Positions 56,055 to 64,000 of a DNA stretch of 64,000 nucleotides are shown here, piece by piece. A model generated the notes under the pieces. That model was not told the origin of the DNA. It saw nothing but the letters and a program-made list of their open reading frames with translations, and searched no databases. The stretch is from Bacteroidia bacterium (GTDB lineage: Bacteria > Bacteroidota > Bacteroidia > Bacteroidales > VadinHA17): positions 32,001 to 96,000 of the forward strand of contig JAPLDX010000056.1 in assembly GCA_026391215.1 (NCBI GenBank), given 5' to 3'. Positions within the stretch are counted from its first letter, which is position 1. Each line of letters begins with the position of its first letter. A program made the translations under genes and the position numbers.

Positions 56055-57998
56055 ATGGTTTCGGTTCAGAATCTCACGGTATCATTTGGAAGCTTTGATC
56101 TGCTGACTAATATTTCATTCCTTATCAATGATCAGGATCGAATAGGGCTTGCCGGCAAGAACGGATCAGGAAAATCAACACTCCTCAACGTGATAGCCGG
56201 ACATCAGAGTCCGACATCTGGAATGGTTGATATGTCAAAGGATGTGACTATCGGATATCTGCCGCAGCAGATGAAGGTGGATGACACCACTACAGTGATG
56301 AATGAGGTTCTTACTTCATTCGCCGAGATCAGAGGACTTTCCGGAGAGATTGAACAGTGCACCGCCGAAATATCATCAAGGGACGACTACGAATCTGTGG
56401 AATACCTTAATCTTTGTGATCATCTTACAGTCATTGATGAAAGATTCAGAATGCTGGGGGGGAACAATTACCTGGCCGAGGCAGAAAAGACTCTTGCAGG
56501 ATTGGGATTTGAGCGCAGTGACTTTGACAGGCCTACCCTGGAGATGAGCGGAGGCTGGAGGATGAGGATTGAGCTTGCAAAAGTTCTTCTCAGAAAACCA
56601 TCCCTGTTTCTGCTTGATGAGCCTACAAATCATCTTGATATTGAATCAATTCAATGGCTTGAAACATTTCTTGCAGGTTACCCTGGGGCAGTGGTTCTTG
56701 TATCACACGACAGGGCATTCCTGGACAATGTCACCGCACGGACGATTGAGATATCCCTTGGCAATATATATGATTACAAAGCATCCTGGTCTAAGTATAT
56801 TGAGCTAAGAAAAGAAAGAAGGGAACAACAGCTGGCTGCATACAGGAATCAGAAAAAGATGATTGAGGATACCGAGAAATTCATTGAGCGTTTCCGTTAT
56901 AAGGCAACAAAAGCTGTTCAGGTTCAATCAAAGATCAAACAGCTGAACAAGGTGGACCGTCTAGAGGTCGATGATGAAGACAACAGTGCAATGAACCTGA
57001 GGTTCCCGCCATCTCCCCGTTCGGGGACCACAGTGGTCGAAGCAGAAGTCCTTTCCAAAAGCTTCGGCTCTCTTAATGTTCTGAAGAAAATCGATTTCAA
57101 GATTCACAGGGGAGAGAAGGTCGCCTTTGTAGGCAGAAATGGCGAAGGCAAAACGACATTTTCAAAAATAATAATCGGAGAACATGATTATGAAGGCTCC
57201 CTGAAGATAGGTCATAATGTCAGCATAGGATATTTTGCCCAGAACCAGGACGAGCTGCTTGACGGATCCAGAACAGTTCTCCAGACCATAGATGATGTTG
57301 CCAAGGGAGAGATAAGGACAAAGATCCGTGATATGCTCGGAGCTTTTTTATTCCGTGGTGATGATATTGATAAGAAGGTCAGGGTGCTGTCAGGTGGGGA
57401 GAGGTCAAGACTTGCCCTTGTCAGGCTTCTGCTCGAGCCTCACAATCTCCTTGTGCTTGATGAGCCGACAAATCATCTCGATATGCGGTCAAAAGATATC
57501 CTTAAACAAGCACTGATAAAATACGATGGCACACTAATTGTGGTTTCGCATGACAGGGATTTTCTGAACGGAATCACAAGCAAAGTTTTCGAGTTCAGAA
57601 ATAATAAGATAAAGGAAAATACAGGAAGCATTTATGATTTTCTGCGTAAAAAGAAGATTGACAACCTGAGGGAAATTGAAAGAAAAGATGCCAGGAAGAG
57701 TGAGTCCCGGAATGAAGCGACATCAGTCAATAAACAAAAATACCTGGACAAGAAGGAATATGACCGAAACCTCAGAAAATTGAGAAGAAGACTTGAAGAA
57801 TCAGAAAAAGAGATTGAAAGGATTGAAGGTGATATTTCTGAACTCGACAAGATAATGGGCTTGCCTGATAAACCCGCCTCAGAAATGCAGGAATTTTACA
57901 GCAGGTACCAGGAGCTTAAGGAGGAGCATAATGAAGAAATGAACAGGTGGGCACAATATACGCATGAGGTTGAAGTTTTCTTACAAAACAATGGTTGA
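56055..57998 (+). CDS. ABC-F family ATP-binding protein (ribosome-associated, YheS/Uup-like)
   Basis: Two ABC domains (GKNGSGKS, SGGW, LDEPTNHLD; GRNGEGKT, LSGGE), no TM, C-terminal coiled coil; start moved to MVSVQ. Confidence 0.93.
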   Translation: MVSVQNLTVSFGSFDLLTNISFLINDQDRIGLAGKNGSGKSTLLNVIAGHQSPTSGMVDMSKDVTIGYLPQQMKVDDTTTVMNEVLTSFAEIRGLSGEIEQCTAEISSRDDYESVEYLNLCDHLTVIDERFRMLGGNNYLAEAEKTLAGLGFERSDFDRPTLEMSGGWRMRIELAKVLLRKPSLFLLDEPTNHLDIESIQWLETFLAGYPGAVVLVSHDRAFLDNVTARTIEISLGNIYDYKASWSKYIELRKERREQQLAAYRNQKKMIEDTEKFIERFRYKATKAVQVQSKIKQLNKVDRLEVDDEDNSAMNLRFPPSPRSGTTVVEAEVLSKSFGSLNVLKKIDFKIHRGEKVAFVGRNGEGKTTFSKIIIGEHDYEGSLKIGHNVSIGYFAQNQDELLDGSRTVLQTIDDVAKGEIRTKIRDMLGAFLFRGDDIDKKVRVLSGGERSRLALVRLLLEPHNLLVLDEPTNHLDMRSKDILKQALIKYDGTLIVVSHDRDFLNGITSKVFEFRNNKIKENTGSIYDFLRKKKIDNLREIERKDARKSESRNEATSVNKQKYLDKKEYDRNLRKLRRRLEESEKEIERIEGDISELDKIMGLPDKPASEMQEFYSRYQELKEEHNEEMNRWAQYTHEVEVFLQNNG

Positions 57999-58780
57999 AA
58001 ATGGAACTGCAGCAGCTGGAAAAAGAATATGGCGTGCACGTATATGAAACAGGACCGGACGGAAGGGCAAGTCTGTGGTCACTGTTCAATTATATGCAGG
58101 ATAGTGCTTCAGAGCATGCAGTAAAACTGGGATTTGGAAGAGATGATCTCATGAAAAAGAACCATTTCTGGGTCCTTTCAAGGATGTTCGCGGTTTTTCA
58201 CGAACTGCCTTTCTGGAACGATACCATTATTGTAAAAACATGGCCGTGCGGTACCGACAAGTTTTTCGCAATGAGAAATTATGAGATTAAATTCCCTGGT
58301 GGCAGGGATATTGCTTACGGTTCATCATCATGGCTCATAATCGACCGCACAACTAAGAAAATTCAGAGACCTGACGATACGCTTACACGATATAATTCAG
58401 AATATCAATTAATTAAGCCACCTTTAAGAAGCGCAGTAAAACTTGCTGGAGCATCTAAAAATGGTAGCGTGACAGTAGCCTCAAAAGTAAAGATCAGCGA
58501 TCTCGATATAAACCTTCATACGAATAATGCAAATTATTTCAAATGGGTTACAGACAGCTATGACCTGAATTTCATTCTGACCCATTCACCGCAATCGGCA
58601 GAAATAAATTATCTTGCCGAGTCAATGCATGATGAAGATTTCATTATCAGAACATCAAAAGATGAAGATGACAAAAATATTTTCAACCATTCGGTCTTCA
58701 GGATCAGTGACAACAGGGAACTGTGCAGGTTAAGGATTGAATGGATGGAAGAGAGCAAGAAAAATGAAAATCTGATATGA
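57995..58780 (+). CDS. Acyl-ACP thioesterase (double hotdog, FatA/B-like)
   Basis: MQDSASEHA, WVLSR, VKTWP, SDLDINLHTNNANY, EINY. Confidence 0.9.
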   Translation: MKMELQQLEKEYGVHVYETGPDGRASLWSLFNYMQDSASEHAVKLGFGRDDLMKKNHFWVLSRMFAVFHELPFWNDTIIVKTWPCGTDKFFAMRNYEIKFPGGRDIAYGSSSWLIIDRTTKKIQRPDDTLTRYNSEYQLIKPPLRSAVKLAGASKNGSVTVASKVKISDLDINLHTNNANYFKWVTDSYDLNFILTHSPQSAEINYLAESMHDEDFIIRTSKDEDDKNIFNHSVFRISDNRELCRLRIEWMEESKKNENLI

Positions 58781-60123
58781 ACCCTGACAGAGTATATTTC
58801 CGGAGGATCATGCGTCTGATACCGGCACTTTTCATGCTGCCTGCAATATTTATATCATGCTCAACCGTAAGACAGGCCGCCGTTGATTCCAAGGATCTTT
58901 CTTACCTGTATAATCCTACAAAAAGTTCACTGAATCCGCGTTACAGTGTAACAAATGAATCCGAAAATGAAACCAGGCTGGCTGTAAAGTTCTTTGGTCA
59001 CGAGCTCTATTTTTCAGAAGCAAATCCTCAAGGTGTTCCGATGGCTTCATTGCTTATTACAGTGAAGCTTTTCAGAACTACCCCGCAAAGGATGCTTGCT
59101 GACACTGCTGTTTATAATCTGAGCATTCTCAAGGAGGAGAACAGGCAGGAATATACTTACAGGATCCCCCTTAAAGTACAGCAGGGAGAAGAATACCTGG
59201 CCGAGGTGAAAATCCTTGACAAGGTCAGGCTACAGGTGATCCAGTCATTTATCAATTTCAATACTCTGTCAATTTTCAACAGGTACAATTTCAGGGAACG
59301 GGGACATTTCGGGAAAAATGAAATATTCAATCCTGTCCTCAGGGTTAATGAGTATGTCAACCTGGTTTACCTCAGGGGATACATTGATTCATTGTATATT
59401 TCCTATTATAAACCATATAGTGACATCCCGTATCCCCCATCGATGCTGCTTCCTGAAAAAACAATTGATTACGGACCTGATACCACAATAGCTATCCCTT
59501 ACTCAGATACGATTCCAATGATGTTCCCGCGGCAAGGCATTTATCTGATTAGCACCGGAAGGGACATAAATGAAGGATTTACCTTCCTGAACCTGGGATC
59601 AACTTTCCCTTCAATGACCACACCGGATGTGATGATGGGACCCCTTGCTTATCTTATCAGCGAAAATGAGCTTAATGCCTTACGGGATGCACCCCGGCCT
59701 AAAGTTGCTTTAGATGAATTCTGGATCAAATGCGGCGGTAATGTTGATAAAGCGCGCGAACTTATACGTATCTATTACACACGGGTTCTTTATTCCAATC
59801 AGTATTTCACATCGTATACGGAGGGGTGGCGCACCGACAGGGGCATGATTTATATTATTTATGGACCACCTGATAAGGTTTATAAATCCACAGAAGGTGA
59901 AAGCTGGGGTTACCGTAAGCCGGTAATAAAATCCTCCTGGGGGACCAGGTACAGGGTTAAGGATGAGTATCTCTTTTTCAATTTCAAGAAGAAGCAAAAT
60001 ATTTTTACTGATAACGAATACTATTTAAGCAGGAGTGAAACTCTTGTCACTTTATGGGAACAGGCCATAGCCAGCTGGAAGAAAGGTATTGTTTTCCGTC
60101 TTGATAATCCTGAGGAATTTTAA
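58777..60123 (+). CDS. GWxTD domain-containing lipoprotein
   Basis: Lipobox FISC; FW...YYTRV..SN..F....EGWRTDRGMIYIIYGPP. Confidence 0.9.
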   Translation: MNPDRVYFRRIMRLIPALFMLPAIFISCSTVRQAAVDSKDLSYLYNPTKSSLNPRYSVTNESENETRLAVKFFGHELYFSEANPQGVPMASLLITVKLFRTTPQRMLADTAVYNLSILKEENRQEYTYRIPLKVQQGEEYLAEVKILDKVRLQVIQSFINFNTLSIFNRYNFRERGHFGKNEIFNPVLRVNEYVNLVYLRGYIDSLYISYYKPYSDIPYPPSMLLPEKTIDYGPDTTIAIPYSDTIPMMFPRQGIYLISTGRDINEGFTFLNLGSTFPSMTTPDVMMGPLAYLISENELNALRDAPRPKVALDEFWIKCGGNVDKARELIRIYYTRVLYSNQYFTSYTEGWRTDRGMIYIIYGPPDKVYKSTEGESWGYRKPVIKSSWGTRYRVKDEYLFFNFKKKQNIFTDNEYYLSRSETLVTLWEQAIASWKKGIVFRLDNPEEF

Positions 60124-60126
60124 AAC

Positions 60127-60867
60127 ATGCTGAAAGAATCAGATTGTATTTTTGGTTTAAGACCTGTCATTGAAGCGATTAAGGCGGGGAAGCAGATCGA
60201 TCGCCTTCTTATCAGGCAGGGTCTCCAGGGCTCCCTCTACCATGAGCTGATGACAGAGGTTAAAAAATTTGATATCAACTATCAGATCGTACCGCTCGAA
60301 AGAATTGAGCTGGTGACCAGGAAGAATCACCAGGGTGTTCTGGCCTGGCTCTCGGTTATTGAATACCAGCATATTGCCAATCTCCTTCCAATGATCTTTG
60401 AAAAGGGTGAAGATCCGCTGATAATTGCTCTCGATGGCGTTTCTGACGTAAGAAATTTCGGAGCGATAGTACGGACGGCAGAATGCCTGGGAGCGCATGC
60501 AATAGTCATCCCGGAAAAGGGATCGGCAAGGATTACAGCTGATGCGGTAAAGACATCTGCAGGAGCTCTTCATACTTTTCCTGTTTGCAGGGAAAGATCC
60601 ATTGTCAGATCAATAAGTTTCCTTAAAGACTCAGGACTTAAGATAATATGCGGCGCGGAGAAATCAGGGGAAACGGCTTCAGAAACAGATCTGAAAGGAC
60701 CAATGGTGCTGATAATGGGCTCCGAGGATAAAGGAATAAGCCGTGAGCTGACTGCCCTGGCAGATCAGACAATAAAAATTCCGATGAAAGGGACCATTAG
60801 TTCACTTAATGTTTCAGTTGCTGCCGGTATCCTTCTTTATGAGATACTAAGGCAACGAAATACCTGA
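60127..60867 (+). CDS. rlmB: 23S rRNA (guanosine-2251-2'-O) methyltransferase (SPOUT)
   Basis: IFGLRPVIEAI, NHQGV, LDGVSDVRNFGAIVR, GSEDKG, IPMKG..SLNVSVA. Confidence 0.93.
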   Translation: MLKESDCIFGLRPVIEAIKAGKQIDRLLIRQGLQGSLYHELMTEVKKFDINYQIVPLERIELVTRKNHQGVLAWLSVIEYQHIANLLPMIFEKGEDPLIIALDGVSDVRNFGAIVRTAECLGAHAIVIPEKGSARITADAVKTSAGALHTFPVCRERSIVRSISFLKDSGLKIICGAEKSGETASETDLKGPMVLIMGSEDKGISRELTALADQTIKIPMKGTISSLNVSVAAGILLYEILRQRNT

Positions 60868-60868
60868 A

Positions 60869-62086
60869 TCAGGAAATAATACCCATTATCCTTTCATCAA
60901 GCATCTTCTGATCTGAAGTGAAAGATGCAAGTCCTGCAAGAGTCAGTAAGGTATCAGGTGCAACCCTGTCTTCCTTAATCATTTTTTCCCATCTCGAATA
61001 TTTAGGGATCTTGCCATCTGAGGCAAGAAATGACTTTTCCTCCTTGTTCAATAACGGGAACATATCTTCGCAACCCTCCTCATGTGCAATCCGGATCAGT
61101 TCAGGTCCGGTTGCCGGTACCTTTGAGGCAAGCCTTTCTGCAAGGTTCAGAACTTTGTCATCAACAATCCAGAATTTGTCCAGATGTGCTCCCTTTCCGG
61201 AAACCGACATATCAATTTTATAATTCTTATGCATTCGTGAGGCGAATTTACCTGTCAGTGATTTATGACCTGCTGATGCCACTTTTGGCGGCATGGTGAA
61301 AACATCCGTTCCTGCGAGCATATCAAGCTGGTTGTAGTTCCGCAAACTGGCAGCAATCAGCTTTGTTTGCCATGGATTTTTTGCCGAAAGTCCGGTAACC
61401 CAATTCTGTGAGGCAATAACCGCCATTTCTCCTGCTCCTGAACCATCACCAAGCTTGTTATCGCTGATAAATGCACCGATTCTCCCCAGAAAAACATTAA
61501 CATAATCGGGACGGGCAACTCTGGTAACAAGAACATCTTGTCTTGCGCTGAAATCAAGTGTGAAGTTAATCCTGACGCCGGCATCCTTCAGCCGTCGCGC
61601 ACCAATCAGGCCTTCAGCTGTATAGGGGACCTTTACAATGAATTGTTCCGGACAGATCTCATGAAGTCTCTTCCCGTAGTATTCAATTGCCTTGATATCA
61701 TGTGCAGTATCAGTATGCAGTTCCACGCTTACCATCCCTCCAAATCTTGAGGCGAGCCTTAGTCCATGGCGGGCATTCAGAATGAATGCAATCTCTTTTA
61801 CTTTTTCTTCAACAGGCAGCTCCCTTACCAGACTTTTTGCTTCGAAGATAAAAACATCATAGATCCCTTTTTGTATCTCATTGTTAAGCAGACTGTTATT
61901 TGTTGTCAGGGCACTCATTTCAGCTGTCCAGTTTGCCTCAGCCTCCTCCATATCGCCGGTGTCAAGCCAGAGTTCTGTTCCAGCATTTCTGAGTGATTCC
62001 CAGAACCTGTCAGGTTTGCCTGTAACATGTTTTTCGTTCAGATTTTTCCAGAGGAAATCGCTTATTCTTGTATTGAGATCTGCCAT
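60869..62086 (-). CDS. Transaldolase family protein (atypical, C-terminally extended)
   Basis: WLDTGD, TTNNSLL, VSVE, IVKVP (Schiff-base Lys), NFTL.FS, FLGRI, IAASLR, TMPP. Confidence 0.85.
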   Translation of the reverse strand: MADLNTRISDFLWKNLNEKHVTGKPDRFWESLRNAGTELWLDTGDMEEAEANWTAEMSALTTNNSLLNNEIQKGIYDVFIFEAKSLVRELPVEEKVKEIAFILNARHGLRLASRFGGMVSVELHTDTAHDIKAIEYYGKRLHEICPEQFIVKVPYTAEGLIGARRLKDAGVRINFTLDFSARQDVLVTRVARPDYVNVFLGRIGAFISDNKLGDGSGAGEMAVIASQNWVTGLSAKNPWQTKLIAASLRNYNQLDMLAGTDVFTMPPKVASAGHKSLTGKFASRMHKNYKIDMSVSGKGAHLDKFWIVDDKVLNLAERLASKVPATGPELIRIAHEEGCEDMFPLLNKEEKSFLASDGKIPKYSRWEKMIKEDRVAPDTLLTLAGLASFTSDQKMLDERIMGIIS

Positions 62087-62140
62087 ATATTATGTTTTAA
62101 TTAGTATCATTTATCGTGCAAAATAAATTCAAAATCGCTT

Positions 62141-62228
62141 GAAAATCAATTTATTTACCCCAGCCCCAAGGGGCGTAAATTGATTTTCTTCGCTCCCCTA
62201 TGGGGTCGGGGTCAACGAAGAAAATCAA
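62141..62228. repeat. Overlapping inverted repeats in a divergent intergenic region
   Basis: Two perfect 13-bp stems sharing one arm, plus an ACCCCAGCCCCA/TGGGGTCGGGGT stem. Confidence 0.6.
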
Positions 62229-62355
62229 AGAAGCTATATTATCTTTCCTGATCATTTTTTTGTTTTAAAACAATTTGTCGCAAAAGTATACAAATTATTG
62301 ATCCGTTCATTGATAAATGTTAGCTTTACACTTCTGAAACCTAAATCCTTCTGCC

Positions 62356-63633
62356 ATGAGAACTTTCATTGTTTTGTTTTTTTCTTTGTTATCAGCCTTG
62401 CTGATAGGACAACAGATAAACTTTAACGATTATTTTACAGATAAAGTCCTGCGCTTTGACTTCATGCTGGCAGGCAATAGTGAAAAAACGGCTGTATATC
62501 CCGTCGGGATGAAGGAAGAACCCTTCTTCGGAGGATCAAAGACGCAGCTGAGAGATCCATTTGGCTACGGGAACTTCAAATATGAGCTTTATGATGCAGA
62601 AAAAAATATTGTCATTTATTCCCGTGGTTTTTGCTCACTTTACCAGGAGTGGCAGACAACCGCTGAAGCAAAGAGAATGGAAAGAAGCTTTTACGAGGTG
62701 GCAACAATGCCCTTCCCAAAAGGCAAATCAGTTTTTGTCCTCAGCATCCGGCAGCGAAACGGGACCTTTTCGAAGCTGTACGAAACAGAAATTGATCCTT
62801 CAGATTATTTCATAAGGAAGGAAAAACCTGTAAATGCCGCATTTACAGAGATATATACAGGAGGAGATCCGGCCACCTCTGTTGACCTGGCATTTATAGC
62901 TGAAGGTTACAAAGCAGAAGAAATGGCTAAATTCAGGAATGACGTAAAAAAGATGGCCGACTCTCTCTTTACTGAACCTGCCTTCAGTAAATACAGGGAT
63001 AAGTTCAATATATGGGCTGTGGAGGCTGTATCGGATGATTCCGGGACTGATATACCGGGAGAGAAAAGTTATGTAAGCACTGCGCTTAATTCAAGTTTTT
63101 ATACATTTGATATCGATCGCTATCTAACAACGCAGGACATCAAATCAGTTAACGATTATGCTGCTGTTGTGCCTCATGACAACATTATTGTGCTTATTAA
63201 CAGTTCAAAATACGGAGGCGGCGGTGTTTATAACTACTACAGCGGCACCACAGTTGACCATCCGTTGTCGCCTGTTGTCTTTGTTCATGAATTTGGTCAC
63301 GGATTCGCGGGACTGGCAGATGAATATTATTCATCAGAGGTGGCTTACGAAGAGTTTTATCCTCTTAATGTCGAACCATGGGAACCCAATATTACGACAA
63401 TGGTTGATTTTGAAGCTAAATGGAAAAAGATGATTCCCAAAGATATACCAACCCCTACTCCTCCTGAGGACAAATTCAGCAATGTCACCGGGTTGTTTGA
63501 AGGAGGCGGCTATTCAGCTAAAGGCATTTATCGCCCTGAGATGGATTGCAGGATGAAAAGTAACTCTCCTAAAGGATACTGTTCAGTTTGCCGCGAAGCG
63601 ACAAAAGAAATGATTGAATTCTATATCAAATAA
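62356..63633 (+). CDS. Peptidase M64 family (IgA peptidase-like) metalloprotease
   Basis: Signal peptide; FIAEGY, YGGGG, HEFGHGFAGLADEY, FEGG, YRP...CRM......YC.VC. Confidence 0.92.
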   Translation: MRTFIVLFFSLLSALLIGQQINFNDYFTDKVLRFDFMLAGNSEKTAVYPVGMKEEPFFGGSKTQLRDPFGYGNFKYELYDAEKNIVIYSRGFCSLYQEWQTTAEAKRMERSFYEVATMPFPKGKSVFVLSIRQRNGTFSKLYETEIDPSDYFIRKEKPVNAAFTEIYTGGDPATSVDLAFIAEGYKAEEMAKFRNDVKKMADSLFTEPAFSKYRDKFNIWAVEAVSDDSGTDIPGEKSYVSTALNSSFYTFDIDRYLTTQDIKSVNDYAAVVPHDNIIVLINSSKYGGGGVYNYYSGTTVDHPLSPVVFVHEFGHGFAGLADEYYSSEVAYEEFYPLNVEPWEPNITTMVDFEAKWKKMIPKDIPTPTPPEDKFSNVTGLFEGGGYSAKGIYRPEMDCRMKSNSPKGYCSVCREATKEMIEFYIK

Positions 63634-64000
63634 TCAGACAAGAAATTCCCTGGGAACATTTCTCAATCTTGAAACATCTTCAATTCTTTCTTTTATATTG
63701 AATCCGGCTGTGCATTTTACACTGCAGTTCAGGCAGTTACTGCATGAATCAGCGGGGAGACCTGCTTCCATAAGAGTATGCTGTGCATGTTTAAAATTCC
63801 TGTAACCATATGCATACATATAGCTCCGCATTACGGTTGGAATTTCCAGATTATAAGGGCATTGCGGAATGCATTGACGGCATTGGTGACAATATAAACC
63901 ATTTTCAGAATCCAGGCTGGCAAGACTGAGATCTTTCAGCTCCTGATCTGTCATCTTAAGATTTTTGATCATCGCAAGATTCTTCTGCAATTCTTCCATT
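63634..64000 (-). CDS. C-terminal Fe-S region of an aldo/keto reductase family protein (5' truncated)
   Basis: YCHQCRQCIPQCP..LEIP..MR.YMY..GY and CSNCLNCSVKC. Confidence 0.75.
   Translation of the reverse strand, partial: MEELQKNLAMIKNLKMTDQELKDLSLASLDSENGLYCHQCRQCIPQCPYNLEIPTVMRSYMYAYGYRNFKHAQHTLMEAGLPADSCSNCLNCSVKCTAGFNIKERIEDVSRLRNVPREFLV

Overview
Chromosomal segment of an AT-rich Bacteroidota genome, most like an environmental Bacteroidales (T9SS C-terminal domains, TAnnTTTG promoters, Gln after signal peptides). It holds housekeeping genes (recR 3' end, rlmN-like, dcp, nupG, rlmD, rlmB, ABC-F, transaldolase), glycoside hydrolases (GH20, GH3, GH43) and two inward-pointing tRNA-Ser genes. 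Five regions stand out. (1) A four-gene operon at 22.6-26.0 kb: Ala/Lys-rich helical lipoprotein, YafK/DpaA-like YkuD enzyme broken by an internal deletion, ErfK-like L,D-transpeptidase and a catalytically dead YkuD homologue. It is a candidate Lpp-analogous outer membrane-peptidoglycan tether system. (2) A ~170-nt multi-stem non-coding element fused to the 3' end of both tRNA-Ser genes, with compensatory base changes, a terminal tRNA 3'-half mimic and a third truncated copy. (3) A 19-kb block downstream of tRNA-Ser(GCT): two exported caspase-family proteases with a duplicated promoter, a 4189-aa T9SS FG-GAP propeller protein with hypervariable loops, and a beta-barrel. (4) Four tandem TPR-PD40 (PorE/TolB-like) paralogues with different C-terminal anchors. 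(5) An OLD-like ABC ATPase with a degenerate TOPRIM-like domain coupled to a stand-alone PP2C phosphatase. No CRISPR array, integrase, transposase, reverse transcriptase or rRNA was seen. All family calls come from reading motifs by eye; no database search was run.
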